From a virus, in the IMG/VR virus record IMGVR_UViG_3300045988_012163: a stretch of DNA of 43,046 nucleotides; one strand, given 5' to 3'. Position numbers and translations under genes: made by a program. Within the stretch, counting starts at the first letter, position 1. Every line of letters starts with the position of its first letter. Positions 15,909-24,057 of the stretch are shown piece by piece. A model generated the notes under the pieces. It ran no database searches, had not been told where the DNA came from, and saw nothing but the letters and a program-made list of their open reading frames with translations.

Positions 15909-16100
15909 TTAAAATTTGAAGCTCGCTCTGAGCTTATTCCCATTGAAATCGGCCTCCGCCGTAAAGTAGCGGTGCGCCTCGTTGATGTAGACGACGCGCC
16001 CGTGCGCAGTCGTCTCTTTCGTGGTCACGCTCATAATGCCGTTGCTGCCCTGAAATGCGGCAGGCTTCCAGCTAAATGGTTCACCGATGTACATGGTCAA
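15909..16100 (-). CDS. Hypothetical protein
   Basis: 63 aa ORF in operon phase. Confidence 0.4.
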   Translation of the reverse strand: MTMYIGEPFSWKPAAFQGSNGIMSVTTKETTAHGRVVYINEAHRYFTAEADFNGNKLRASFKF

Positions 16101-16106
16101 TCCTCC

Positions 16107-16553
16107 CTAATGTAGCGCTTTCGCGGGGCGGCGAAAAATCACCACCATGCTTGGGAATGGGGCACTGTTCTTTTCTCCGCCGAACTTTAATCTCCCACGC
16201 ACAAAATTGATGGTTGCATATTTGTCGTTGTAGCAGTAATCGTGGAACCAAGCGGTATCCGTCCGCGCCGGAAGCAGCATCACAACTGTTGCGTCTGATT
16301 CCTCGGCGGTTCGATGCGCTTTCTCTACCCACGCCCCAACGCCGCGTCCATATGGGGGATTGCACCACACAACGCCGTCCCAGTCCTGTTTCAGTCCGTC
16401 CATCTCCGGGGTGAAATAGCGTTCGCATTTCGCGTTTTCTGGCGTTGCGCAGGCATCCAGCGTAAATTGGAAGAGGTTGTTGAGATCGTCAAAGAAGGCT
16501 TGCGGGGTCTCCCACATTTCAGATTTTGACGAAAACATTAAATCGTTGTTCAT
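16107..16553 (-). CDS. Phage Dam-like N6-adenine DNA methyltransferase (copy 2)
   Basis: WCNPPYGRGVGAW, DACATPENAKC, LPARTDTAWFHD. Colinear with 10109..10540 but GC-richer. ATGA overlap with the upstream methyltransferase. Confidence 0.8.
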   Translation of the reverse strand: MNNDLMFSSKSEMWETPQAFFDDLNNLFQFTLDACATPENAKCERYFTPEMDGLKQDWDGVVWCNPPYGRGVGAWVEKAHRTAEESDATVVMLLPARTDTAWFHDYCYNDKYATINFVRGRLKFGGEKNSAPFPSMVVIFRRPAKALH

Positions 16554-17260
16554 TGTCTCCCCTCATAGTCCCTAATATCTCCGCCCCATTGCTCCGCCAT
16601 GGCTTTGGCGATGCCGGGAAAAGTCTTTGCGCGGTTTTTTGCTCTATCGGTCGTAAACATACCCCTATGCTGTTCACCGTGCCGATGGCTGTATGACCCG
16701 CTGGGACACCATGTAGCCGCAGGCTTAACCGGTTCAACCGCTTCGAGCTTTGTCACGTTCTTCAACCATAGGCAGGTTTTCTTGCTGTACGGATGATCTT
16801 TACCGTAAAAATCAAATGGCTGAATCGCCTGCGTATATGGCGGCAGTTCGTAGACTTTCGACGGGATGGGATTCTCAACAACGATATGCTCACAATCGGC
16901 ATTCAAAAATTCCATAAAGAACGCCTTTGCTTCAAGTCCTTTTGCATACCGTTCTTCGTTAAGCCGATGTCCTTTCCACAGGTGCCGCGCGCCTGCGTTG
17001 CTCAAATACGTGCAGGGCGGGTGACAAATCAGCAAATCCCATTGCCCGTCAATGCGGTGCTCAACACCGTCAACCGTCTTAAACGTGCAATCGCCATTGA
17101 TAAGCGGTAACACGTCCTGCTGGATATGCCACTCGGGATGCCCGCCCGAACACGGCTCAATATCGCAGCTGTACGCCTCCCAGCCCTTCGCGCGAAACGC
17201 AATGCATACGCGCTGGCTTTCCTCACAGCAGACTAAAAGTTTCGGGATTTTATCGCTCAT
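16550..17260 (-). CDS. C5-cytosine-type DNA methyltransferase-like protein
   Basis: Start MSDKIPK at 17260 behind GAGGGGAG. Motifs ICHPPCTYLSNAG (PC motif) and VVENP (ENV-like). Confidence 0.6.
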   Translation of the reverse strand: MSDKIPKLLVCCEESQRVCIAFRAKGWEAYSCDIEPCSGGHPEWHIQQDVLPLINGDCTFKTVDGVEHRIDGQWDLLICHPPCTYLSNAGARHLWKGHRLNEERYAKGLEAKAFFMEFLNADCEHIVVENPIPSKVYELPPYTQAIQPFDFYGKDHPYSKKTCLWLKNVTKLEAVEPVKPAATWCPSGSYSHRHGEQHRGMFTTDRAKNRAKTFPGIAKAMAEQWGGDIRDYEGRQ

Positions 17261-17502
17261 CTTCTCCCCTCGCATTCCCCAAACAGCTCCCGGAACGTCA
17301 TCCCCGTCATGTCTTCCAGCGCCAGCAACAGCCTCACCGTTGTATCGCGGTCGCCGCGCACCCACGCCGACACCGTAAACTGCGACGTACCGAGAGATTG
17401 CGCCAGTTCGGCTTGGTTATAGTTCATCTTTTCTAACGCCTCCTTGAGCACCGGATAAGCGCAGAACTCAAACGGCGTTTTCGGTCTCATGATCTTGCTC
17501 AT
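17257..17502 (-). CDS. XRE-family HTH protein
   Basis: NYNQAELAQSLGTSQFTVSAWVRGDR. Stop overlaps the methyltransferase start. Confidence 0.65.
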   Translation of the reverse strand: MSKIMRPKTPFEFCAYPVLKEALEKMNYNQAELAQSLGTSQFTVSAWVRGDRDTTVRLLLALEDMTGMTFRELFGECEGRR

Positions 17503-17942
17503 GCGTGCACCTCCCCGTAGATCAGTGCGTCAAGCGACACGCCCAGCGCTTCGGCGATGTACTGATATGTCAGTAGGAAACTCATGCACTTGCCGGTCTC
17601 AAGGTTTCGGATGCTGTTGCGCGATACGCCCGACTTTTCCGCCAGTTTCTTCACGCCAAGCCCACGCATGATTCTCCATTTGCGGATGTTTGCGCCGACT
17701 TCCTCCGGCGAAAGCATCCCATCCTTTGATGGCGGAGATTCCGACAAAATATCGCTTACGGAAATATTCAGCGCTTCGCTGATCTTGTACAGCGTCGGCA
17801 ACTTCGGGTAGTGCTCACCCTTTTCCAGTTTCCCGATATGTCCCTGCCCGCATTCCACCATTTCGCCAAGCCGGAACTGGCTGATGCGGCGCACTTCGCG
17901 AACGTTTTTGAGCCGTTCGCCCAACTCTTTTTCTGTCAACAT
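17499..17942 (-). CDS. Tandem double XRE-HTH protein
   Basis: Two HTH units: ISQFRLGEMVECGQGHIGKLEKGE and LGVKKLAEKSGVSRNSIRNLETGK. Confidence 0.65.
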   Translation of the reverse strand: MLTEKELGERLKNVREVRRISQFRLGEMVECGQGHIGKLEKGEHYPKLPTLYKISEALNISVSDILSESPPSKDGMLSPEEVGANIRKWRIMRGLGVKKLAEKSGVSRNSIRNLETGKCMSFLLTYQYIAEALGVSLDALIYGEVHA

Positions 17943-17956
17943 CTTTTCTTGCTCCC

Positions 17957-18151
17957 TTATTTCGTTCGTTGATAGCGTCTTGTCTTAAACTGCCGCGCGC
18001 CCCAATAGGCACCGCGTTCCTGCGTTTGGCGCGCTTCTTCTTCCTTCGCCTCGTTGTACTTGGCGATATCCGCCTGATAGTACGGGCAATCGCCGTGACA
18101 ACCTACGTGCCGCGTCGGCGGCTTGCAGCTGTGGCAGTGCTCAAAGCTCAT
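17957..18151 (-). CDS. Cys/His-rich small protein
   Basis: HCHSCKPPTRHVGCHGDCPYYQ. Confidence 0.45.
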   Translation of the reverse strand: MSFEHCHSCKPPTRHVGCHGDCPYYQADIAKYNEAKEEEARQTQERGAYWGARQFKTRRYQRTK

Positions 18152-18152
18152 C

Positions 18153-18590
18153 TCACACCTCGCGGATCGTGATGCCGTACTTGTCCTGCATCAGCTTCTT
18201 TTTCAGCAGATAGTCTTTCGTTTTCGCGCCCTTTGCGTCCTCGACCTCGCGCAGCCAGTGCACCGTGCCGTTGCAGTCCGGCTCAGTCGTCCGCTCGTAA
18301 GTAAAATCCGCGCGGTAGACCATCGGCTTGATTCTCTCACCTTCGATAGTTGTGTATCCCTCCACGAGGGTAAAATTCACTTGCAGCCGCAAATCCCGAA
18401 TCTTGCCCATCGCGCGCAGCACTTTCAGCTCGCCGAACCGCGCCGCCTCACGCTCGGAATCGAACTTGATGCCGTCGCGCACGACCTTGCGGTTGCCGTA
18501 CTTGCTGCGCTTCTTGACTTCCTGCACGGCCATCTTTGCCATGACCTGCGCTTGAGCGTCCTTGCCCAGCCGAGAAATATCAATGCCCAT
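18153..18590 (-). CDS. DUF1064 (resolvase/nuclease-like) protein
   Basis: KYGNRKVVRDGIKFDSEREAARFGELKVL...YRADFTY...VEDAKGAKTKDYLLKKKL matches the DUF1064 pattern. Confidence 0.65.
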   Translation of the reverse strand: MGIDISRLGKDAQAQVMAKMAVQEVKKRSKYGNRKVVRDGIKFDSEREAARFGELKVLRAMGKIRDLRLQVNFTLVEGYTTIEGERIKPMVYRADFTYERTTEPDCNGTVHWLREVEDAKGAKTKDYLLKKKLMQDKYGITIREV

Positions 18591-18966
18591 TGCTTCCCTC
18601 CATTTCGGCAGCCGCCGCTTCCCACGTCAGCCCGTGTTCTCTCGCATAACGCGATACGCTCGGCAGGAATGATTCCTGTTCGGCTGTCCGCTCGATGTAT
18701 GGCTTCATCCACGCCACCGAGACGTGCGGGGAAGCGGTGCCCCTGATCTTTGCCAGCACTTGGCCGACCTTTGGCGGAAATCCCCTCGTGTCCTCGGCGA
18801 TCAGCGCATTCACTGCGCCCATCGCCTCGGCAGGATCTTCCCCGCCCAGCATGTCCGACCAGAGGGACACCATCTCTTCGGCTTCTGTGCGGGTCATCTT
18901 GGCATAGGCCTGCGGATAAGCCTGTTTTAATCGCCCCAAAAGGCTAATCACGTCAGCTCTTTCCAC
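18580..18966 (-). CDS. G39P-like helicase loader / replisome organizer C-domain protein
   Basis: Probable GTG start at 18966 after GAGGAGG. LLGRLKQAYPQAYAKMTRTEAEEMVSLWSDMLG...FPPKVGQVLAKI. Confidence 0.5.
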   Translation of the reverse strand: MERADVISLLGRLKQAYPQAYAKMTRTEAEEMVSLWSDMLGGEDPAEAMGAVNALIAEDTRGFPPKVGQVLAKIRGTASPHVSVAWMKPYIERTAEQESFLPSVSRYAREHGLTWEAAAAEMEGSNGH

Positions 18967-19666
18967 GGTTCTTTTCCTCCTCAAGCATCTCGGCGAATAC
19001 ATCACCGCCGGTAAAAGCCCCAGTGTTCCGATACCCCCCCGCGCTCTCGGGCAGCTCATCGTCCCACCGGCCTTGATTCAGCCATGTGGCGGGGTGTGGA
19101 ATAAACTGCCCGTTGTTCTGCGTCCATTGGTCGCTGCACTTCTGCCGCTCCACCGCGGTCACAAGTGTTTCGAGGGGGGCTTTGACCCGCTCGAAAGCTC
19201 TCTTAGCAGACTGTTTCCCGATTTTTCGCGGGTAAACTGACCAGAAACGCTCGAATGCGTCCCCCGTAGAGGGGGATTTAGGGGGTATATGTCCTTGTCC
19301 TTGTTCTTGTCCTTGTCCTTGTCCTTGTCCTTGTCCTTGGCTTTTTTTGGTTTCCGAAAAACCGCTTTGGTTTTTTTGGTTTCCCTTGGTTTCCGAAAAA
19401 CCGCTTGCTTTCGGCGGTCTGCCGCCCTTTTTCCCGTTCTCTCGACAGGCATTGGCGGCGGCTTCCTGCGCCTTTATGGACTCGTCAATATCCCGCTGAA
19501 TCGCGGGCCAAATAAACCGTTCGGGGCCTTCAAACTGCGGCTGTTCTCCGTTTTTCCGGTAAGCGAGCATCGCCCGGACGATAGCCCCGATCGACTCGTC
19601 GTCATACTCGCGGAAATAGTCCTCGTAGCTCAGCCAGAGTTTGACATATTCTTTGCTCTCCGCCAT
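18953..19666 (-). CDS. Replication initiator / replisome organizer
   Basis: 237 aa. C-terminal FERFWSVYPRKIGKQSAKRAFERV motif. Contains an internal (GQ)n linker and iteron-like DNA repeats. Confidence 0.6.
   Translation of the reverse strand: MAESKEYVKLWLSYEDYFREYDDESIGAIVRAMLAYRKNGEQPQFEGPERFIWPAIQRDIDESIKAQEAAANACRENGKKGGRPPKASGFSETKGNQKNQSGFSETKKSQGQGQGQGQGQEQGQGHIPPKSPSTGDAFERFWSVYPRKIGKQSAKRAFERVKAPLETLVTAVERQKCSDQWTQNNGQFIPHPATWLNQGRWDDELPESAGGYRNTGAFTGGDVFAEMLEEEKNRGKS
19291..19338. repeat. Hexanucleotide microsatellite (GTCCTT x8, one GTTCTT variant)
   Basis: Read directly from the sequence. Encodes the (GQ)n/QE linker of the replication protein on the minus strand. Confidence 0.95.
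19349..19406. repeat. Two copies of 19-mer GGTTTCCGAAAAACCGCTT (39 bp apart); candidate iterons/ori
   Basis: Exact copies at 19349..19367 and 19388..19406. Each contains the small dyad GGTTT-N5-AAACC. Located inside the replication gene. Confidence 0.55.
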
Positions 19667-19678
19667 GCCTCCACCGCC

Positions 19679-20092
19679 TTAAAACGGTAGATCGCCGTCG
19701 TCCTCACTGATCACCGCAAAGTTGCCTGCGGCGCTCTCTACGGTGAAATGCGGCTCGGTAGCATCGTTGCGCTTGCTGTCACCGAAATAGATATTATCGG
19801 CGATGATCTCCGCGTTGCGGCGCTTATTGCCGTCCTTGTCCGTCCAGTCGCGGACGGTGAGCTTGCCTTCAACCACGACCATGCGGCCTTTGCCGAGATA
19901 CTGGCAAGCGAACTCTGCCGTCTGCCGCCACGCCACCACATCGAGGAAATAGGTTTTCTTCTCGCCGGTTGCTTTGCTCTTGAAATCGTCATCGACGGCG
20001 ACGGTGAAGCTCGTGACCGCCGTTCCGTCCTGCGTGCGGCGCAGTTCCAGATCGCGCGTAATGCGACCCATGATGCAAACTCTGTTCAACAT
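19679..20092 (-). CDS. ssb: Single-stranded DNA-binding protein
   Basis: OB-fold N-terminus MLNRVCIMGRITRDLELRRTQDG and acidic tip DDGDLPF. Confidence 0.9.
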   Translation of the reverse strand: MLNRVCIMGRITRDLELRRTQDGTAVTSFTVAVDDDFKSKATGEKKTYFLDVVAWRQTAEFACQYLGKGRMVVVEGKLTVRDWTDKDGNKRRNAEIIADNIYFGDSKRNDATEPHFTVESAAGNFAVISEDDGDLPF

Positions 20093-20385
20093 GATTCGTC
20101 CTCCAAATAGTTTTTCTTAAATACGGCCATAAAAGTATCGTGGCCGTAAAGCTCTTCAAAGCGCTTCTGACACTCGCGTTTCAGCCGCATATCCAGTTCG
20201 TGACCGTCGTTCCCGTGCACGCCGTAGTCGGCCATATTGTGCCAGTCGGCACGCAGCCACACCCAGCAGCCCCAAATATCGGATAGCTGCCGACGCCCAC
20301 CACCGTAAATGTGATGCCGCGCGAGGTTCGTTGAGAATCCTGAGATATAGCACTCCCGCTTGTCCTGCATGATGCTTTTAGTCAT
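20086..20385 (-). CDS. Hypothetical protein (His/Cys motifs, possible HNH-like)
   Basis: Start MTKS at 20385 (ATGA overlap, RBS AAGGAGGAA). CYISG...RHHIYGG...WLRADWHN...VHGNDGHE. Confidence 0.45.
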   Translation of the reverse strand: MTKSIMQDKRECYISGFSTNLARHHIYGGGRRQLSDIWGCWVWLRADWHNMADYGVHGNDGHELDMRLKRECQKRFEELYGHDTFMAVFKKNYLEDESC

Positions 20386-20903
20386 TTGCCCCATTCCTCC
20401 TTTAGCGCGTCAAGCTGTTGTGGGGTCAAGGTCTCAATGCCCAGATCCTTGCAGTCCTGCACGATGTTGTCGATCAGGCGTGACATTTGCTTTGTGTCAA
20501 AGGTGGACGAGCCGTAATACAGCACCACGTTCTTACAGCCGTCGATTTTGCTGTCCATCACTTCCGTCTGCCAGCCGACACCATTCTTGTTCCAGCCGTC
20601 GCATAGCTTCTGCACGGCTTTCTCGCGCACACAGACTGTTTCTGTGTTGCCGCCAACGTCCCTGACCTCTCGGCGGTAAATCTCACTCTTTGGCGTTCCT
20701 GTGGATTCTGCGAGCTTATCCAGCAACACCCATGAGTAAGCATTGGCATCGAGGCTCCGCTTCTCACGGTGCTTCTTGACGGTCACGTCAACGTCTACCT
20801 CGTGCAGCTCGTCGTATAGTGTGCCGACGTTCTCCCGCGTAGCGATGGTGAGCAAATACCCACCATCGCGCGCAAGGGATAGATCATGCAGTCGGGCTTT
20901 CAT
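20382..20903 (-). CDS. NinB/Orf-like recombination mediator
   Basis: KRSLDANAYSWVLLDKLA and GSSTFDTKQMSRLIDNIVQDCKDLGIE parallel lambda NinB RSLDQN... and STSRM..EF..L. Confidence 0.5.
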   Translation of the reverse strand: MKARLHDLSLARDGGYLLTIATRENVGTLYDELHEVDVDVTVKKHREKRSLDANAYSWVLLDKLAESTGTPKSEIYRREVRDVGGNTETVCVREKAVQKLCDGWNKNGVGWQTEVMDSKIDGCKNVVLYYGSSTFDTKQMSRLIDNIVQDCKDLGIETLTPQQLDALKEEWGK

Positions 20904-21522
20904 TCGCTTTTCTCCTCGCCATCATGCACGCCCAGCAGAGCGGCGCTTTATAGGTCTTTCTCGCGTTCTCCGCGATCTCCGAAACGGAATACGACTTGCC
21001 GCCGTGCGTCACCGGGTAGATGGGCTTGCCGCAGTCCTTGCAAACCGGTTTTCCAGCCACCTCGTTTGGTTGCTGTCTCTCCGGCCTTTGTGTGTACTTG
21101 GTCGCGTCCTTCGCCCAATACACATCCGCGCCAAAACCGAGAGCCTTGCAGGCAACGGAAATAGCATCGGTCAGCGCCATTTTGTAGCACTCGTCAGAGG
21201 TGTAAAGGCCGTTTCGTTCGCTAGCGACAAACGCGCTGCCGCCTGTGCCGGGAATCGCGTCCGACCACTCCCCGTCGACTTTGATGTAAAGGTCAATGTC
21301 TACAAATGCGGAAACCTCATTGTTCGCGCCATTTTCAAGGCGCTTATCGGTGATGGTATATTTCCAACCAATACCGCAAGGGCCGAACTGCTCCGTCAGC
21401 GCCTTAATGCGCCACATTGGGTTGATATCAGTCTTGCCTTTCAGTCGTCCCGCTTGAATCTCACGTTGCGCGGACGTTGGGACTTGCCGAACGCGCTCAT
21501 AAATTTCAAGGTTCTCCATCAC
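20884..21522 (-). CDS. Rad52/Sak-type single-strand annealing protein with C-terminal zinc ribbon
   Basis: INPMWRIKALTEQFGPCGIGWKY... plus CKDCGK...CWAC. Confidence 0.65.
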   Translation of the reverse strand: MMENLEIYERVRQVPTSAQREIQAGRLKGKTDINPMWRIKALTEQFGPCGIGWKYTITDKRLENGANNEVSAFVDIDLYIKVDGEWSDAIPGTGGSAFVASERNGLYTSDECYKMALTDAISVACKALGFGADVYWAKDATKYTQRPERQQPNEVAGKPVCKDCGKPIYPVTHGGKSYSVSEIAENARKTYKAPLCWACMMARRKANESPTA

Positions 21523-22004
21523 TTCACCCCCATGCTCATGCCCTGTACAAGCGTCGCACCGTCGATTTCAGCGCCATTTTTCAGCAACGGGGCAAGGTCA
21601 GTCTTGCTCACCGTGGGGGCGTTGTAAGTAACCTCGCCGTCGTGACCGTTGGCGAGCATCCACGCCACCACCGCGCCCATGTCGGAGACCTCCACGCTGG
21701 TGGTTTTGCGATAACTGATAGAGCATCGGGGAGTGGAAAACTTCTCGCCGTTCAGAACAGAATCGAGATATTTTTTCTTTCTCTCTGCCGCGCGCTCTAA
21801 AGCCTGTCTGCGCGCCGCAAGGGTCTTCTCTTCTTCGCGGATCGCCTTTGCTTCGGCAACATCGTTTTTAATCCAAAGCGCGATGTTCTCAATCTTCTGC
21901 TCTCTTGCCATGTTCAGCTCTAAGAGCTTTTCAACGTCAAGGATTTCGCCGGTCTCGGCATCTACACATTCCGCAAGCGCGGAATCAATCTGATAAAGGT
22001 TCAT
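21519..22004 (-). CDS. Siphovirus Gp157-family protein
   Basis: MNLYQIDSALAECVDAETGEILDVEKLLELNMAREQKIENIALWIKN is the typical Gp157 N-terminus. Confidence 0.65.
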   Translation of the reverse strand: MNLYQIDSALAECVDAETGEILDVEKLLELNMAREQKIENIALWIKNDVAEAKAIREEEKTLAARRQALERAAERKKKYLDSVLNGEKFSTPRCSISYRKTTSVEVSDMGAVVAWMLANGHDGEVTYNAPTVSKTDLAPLLKNGAEIDGATLVQGMSMGVK

Positions 22005-22149
22005 CTTTTACCTCCGTAATATTGTCTGTGCCACAGTAAGGGCACACGGTTTGAGTGGTAATCGTCCAGTTCTCATCGTCCAGATTTTCGCGGTACGCAT
22101 AAAGAGCCGGCTCTCGGAAATCCGCGCCGCAAGCCCAGCAGTGCATCAT
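21985..22149 (-). CDS. Small zinc-ribbon protein
   Basis: MMHCWACGADF...CPYCGTDN. Start overlaps the upstream stop. Confidence 0.45.
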   Translation of the reverse strand: MMHCWACGADFREPALYAYRENLDDENWTITTQTVCPYCGTDNITEVKDEPLSD

Positions 22150-22685
22150 TCCTCCACCTCCAAATACACCATCGCGCTCTGCACGCCGAACACGCGCGCC
22201 GCCTGATGGCCGTTGAAAAACACGTCGATGTGGTTGCCGTTCACACCGCCGCCGCAATCCTCCGCGATATAGCTGTGCTGTGTGCCGTCCGGCCAGATCA
22301 GCAGGACGCGCGAACCGTATGGAATAACCTTCGGGTCAACCGCGATCGTGCGCCCTTCGGTGGCCAGCGCGCCGGTCGCGGTGTAGCCGCTCGCCCACTT
22401 GCCGCAGCAGCAGCGTCCGGGGCAATAGGCCGTCAGCGTAAATTCGCCGAGAAACACGTCATTGCAAACGGCGCTCTCCGTCGCGGGAATGTCCCACGCG
22501 GGATCATACTCCTCTACGATGGGCGCTTCTTCCGGTTCCGCATCGACCGCCTGCGCGCTGGTGGCGAGGATTGAGATCACGATCAAAAGGATCGTTGCGC
22601 CCAAGCACGCCGCCGCAAACAGCGCCGATTCATCGGCCTTGCGCTGCTCTCTCGTGCGCTTGTCGTGCCGTCTCATCGCCTGCAC
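22146..22685 (-). CDS. Membrane-anchored/secreted 3D-domain (MltA/RlpA-like) protein
   Basis: N-terminal TM FAAACLGATILLIVISILATSAQA. Then FTLTAYCPG..CCGKWASGYTATGALATEGRTIAVDPKVIPYGSRV...YIAEDCGGGVNGNHIDVFF, a 3D-domain pattern. Confidence 0.65.
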   Translation of the reverse strand: MQAMRRHDKRTREQRKADESALFAAACLGATILLIVISILATSAQAVDAEPEEAPIVEEYDPAWDIPATESAVCNDVFLGEFTLTAYCPGRCCCGKWASGYTATGALATEGRTIAVDPKVIPYGSRVLLIWPDGTQHSYIAEDCGGGVNGNHIDVFFNGHQAARVFGVQSAMVYLEVEE

Positions 22686-22828
22686 CCCCTGTCGATGTAG
22701 GGCAGCAGGTCATACAGCGCCTTGCATACCGCGCACGCGCCGATGACAGAAAGCCCCGTCGTAAAGTCGCAGCCGTTGAGCGCGATCACCGCAGCGGCGA
22801 TGCCGCCGAAAAACAGCGTGTCAATCAT
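22673..22828 (-). CDS. Small membrane protein (51 aa, below cutoff)
   Basis: MIDTLFFGGIAAAVIALNGCDFTTGLSVIGACAVCKALYDLLPYIDRGCRR. ATGA overlaps at both ends. Confidence 0.45.
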   Translation of the reverse strand: MIDTLFFGGIAAAVIALNGCDFTTGLSVIGACAVCKALYDLLPYIDRGCRR

Positions 22829-23070
22829 TTCGTGCCTCCGATCAGCATGAGCTTTTCCGCGTCCGTAAATTGCAAAACTCGGTCAAGTTCCCAGATTTCT
22901 TCTAACGTCCAGCGGGAACGCCCCGCCATTCTGTTACAGATTTGCGTTTCCGATAAGCCGATTTCCTCGCCCAGCTCCTTGCCGGTGCGAATCAGCGCCC
23001 GTCCCATCGCGCCGCGCACGGCTCGCTCAAGGTCATTTCGCCGGCGCGTTAACTGTTGTGGCTTTAGCAT
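22825..23070 (-). CDS. HTH-type early regulator
   Basis: Likely start MLKPQQL at 23070 (the ORF extends to a GTG at 23112). ELGEEIGLSETQICNRMAGRSRWTLEE. Confidence 0.5.
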   Translation of the reverse strand: MLKPQQLTRRRNDLERAVRGAMGRALIRTGKELGEEIGLSETQICNRMAGRSRWTLEEIWELDRVLQFTDAEKLMLIGGTK

Positions 23071-23185
23071 CTTGCCTTTTCCTTTCTTCCGTGCTACAAT
23101 GAGCACGGACACAATATCTTGTGGTGAGATTTGTCCGGTGCCCTGTTCGGCCTGCTACGCTGAACAGGGCTTTTCTTATGCCCCT

Positions 23186-23551
23186 TCATTCGATCGGCTC
23201 CAGATCAAAAATGCTGTCTGGGTAAAAGCTCCAACTCCCGAATCGGGATTTGCTGCACTGTGCGTCATAAAGCCACTCATTCAGCTCGATTTTCTTGGAA
23301 GTCAACGCCGCATCTTCCACGGCGTTTTTCGCTTCGTGCATTTCGATGTATGCCTTCTGGCGGTTAAAGTTATTGATGGACTGTGGCGTTTCGAGCACGC
23401 CCACAAGGATAACCACTACCGCCGTGACTATGGCAATGATAGAGATTGTTTCTACTGCAAACAGGCACAAAGAGGAACCTATCTTTCCATCAAACCAATG
23501 TGAAACGCAGATGGCAATGATCCCGGCAACGATTACAATAATCCAGTTCAT
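23186..23551 (-). CDS. Membrane protein (about 3 TM segments plus a soluble C-domain)
   Basis: MNWIIVIVAGIIAICVSHWF...ISIIAIVTAVVVILVGVL. It is the second gene of the early operon. Confidence 0.55.
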   Translation of the reverse strand: MNWIIVIVAGIIAICVSHWFDGKIGSSLCLFAVETISIIAIVTAVVVILVGVLETPQSINNFNRQKAYIEMHEAKNAVEDAALTSKKIELNEWLYDAQCSKSRFGSWSFYPDSIFDLEPIE

Positions 23552-23772
23552 GCGCCCTCCTTATCCGCTCTTGCAGTCTGCGCGGCTTCCGATGCCGCTC
23601 TGATTTCCTTTTCGGTCACGCCGTACAATCTGGTCAGTGGTCTAATGTACTTGCTTGCGATACCATTCACACCGCGTTCCCAGTTAGACACCGCGGAAAC
23701 TCTTACGCGGAGTTTCTTTGCTACGTCTTCCTGCCGCAAACCGGCATTTTCTCGGATTGCCTTTAATTCCAA
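23548..23772 (-). CDS. Cro-like XRE HTH regulator
   Basis: TTG start 7 nt after AAGGAGGGG. LRQEDVAKKLRVRVSAVSNWERG. First gene of the leftward early operon. Confidence 0.75.
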   Translation of the reverse strand: MELKAIRENAGLRQEDVAKKLRVRVSAVSNWERGVNGIASKYIRPLTRLYGVTEKEIRAASEAAQTARADKEGA

Positions 23773-23787
23773 GCGTTCTCCCCTCCT

Positions 23788-23808
23788 TATAAAGTTCAGA
23801 ACTTTATA
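23788..23808. promoter_or_regulatory. 21-bp perfect palindrome TATAAAGTTC-A-GAACTTTATA (operator candidate)
   Basis: Read directly from the sequence. It abuts the -35 of the rightward promoter and lies in the cro leader next to its SD. Confidence 0.6.
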
Positions 23809-23837
23809 TTGACAAACGCAACCAACACCGCTATTAT
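23809..23837 (+). promoter_or_regulatory. Rightward sigma-A-type promoter (TTGACA-17-TATTAT)
   Basis: TTGACA at 23809..23814, 17-nt spacer, TATTAT at 23832..23837. Confidence 0.65.
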
Positions 23838-23935
23838 GTAAGTGTCAGCCAACAAAATATCGGTTATAAGTCCGCAAAATGGGAAATCCGTTGGGGGCTT
23901 GGTTTTTTGTTGCCTTAATTAAGTTCTGTAAGGCT

Positions 23936-23964
23936 ATTATATTCACTATTTTAGTGAAAGTCAA
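23936..23964 (-). promoter_or_regulatory. Leftward early promoter (TTGACT-17-TATAAT) with 17-bp palindromic operator O1 filling the spacer
   Basis: Minus strand reads TTGACT (23964..23959), spacer TTCACTAAAATAGTGAA (23958..23942), TATAAT (23941..23936). Confidence 0.7.
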
Positions 23965-23970
23965 TCGATT

Positions 23971-23987
23971 TTCGCTAAAATAGTGAA
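23971..23987. promoter_or_regulatory. Operator O2 (TTCGCTAAAATAGTGAA, one mismatch to O1)
   Basis: 29 bp centre-to-centre from O1, just upstream of the -35 of the leftward promoter. Confidence 0.55.
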
Positions 23988-24057
23988 TCTTGGTGCATTA
24001 CACAATTTTCTCAGGTTTGAATTAGCGGATAAATACAAAATGGCATAGGAGATAAAA

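Noticed and set aside
16550-17365. N-terminal extensions of several ORF-track entries: methyltransferase to 17365, endolysin to 34438, scaffold to 4052, tape measure to 42473, PH-domain gene from 42462, 33306..33746, 13774..14445.
   Set aside because: The extensions are low-complexity, overlap upstream genes and lack an RBS. Internal ATG/GTG starts with SD sequences and stop/start overlaps were preferred.
17257-17942. The HTH pair as a toxin-antitoxin module.
   Set aside because: Both proteins are plain XRE HTH domains with no toxin-like partner. Coupling to the methyltransferase genes suggests a regulatory role instead.
19291-19338. Possible CRISPR-like or phase-variable array.
   Set aside because: The repeat unit is only 6 nt, there are no spacers, and the array lies inside a coding region in frame. 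It is a microsatellite encoding a (GQ)n linker. The collagen repeats at 37.6 kb are likewise coding repeats.
23140-23177. Hairpin GCCCTGTTC-N13-GAACAGGGC followed by TTTTCTT, a plus-strand-oriented terminator inside the leftward early operon.
   Set aside because: There is no plus-strand gene upstream to terminate, and on the sense (minus) strand no U-run follows. It could block antisense read-through, but the evidence is too thin to call.
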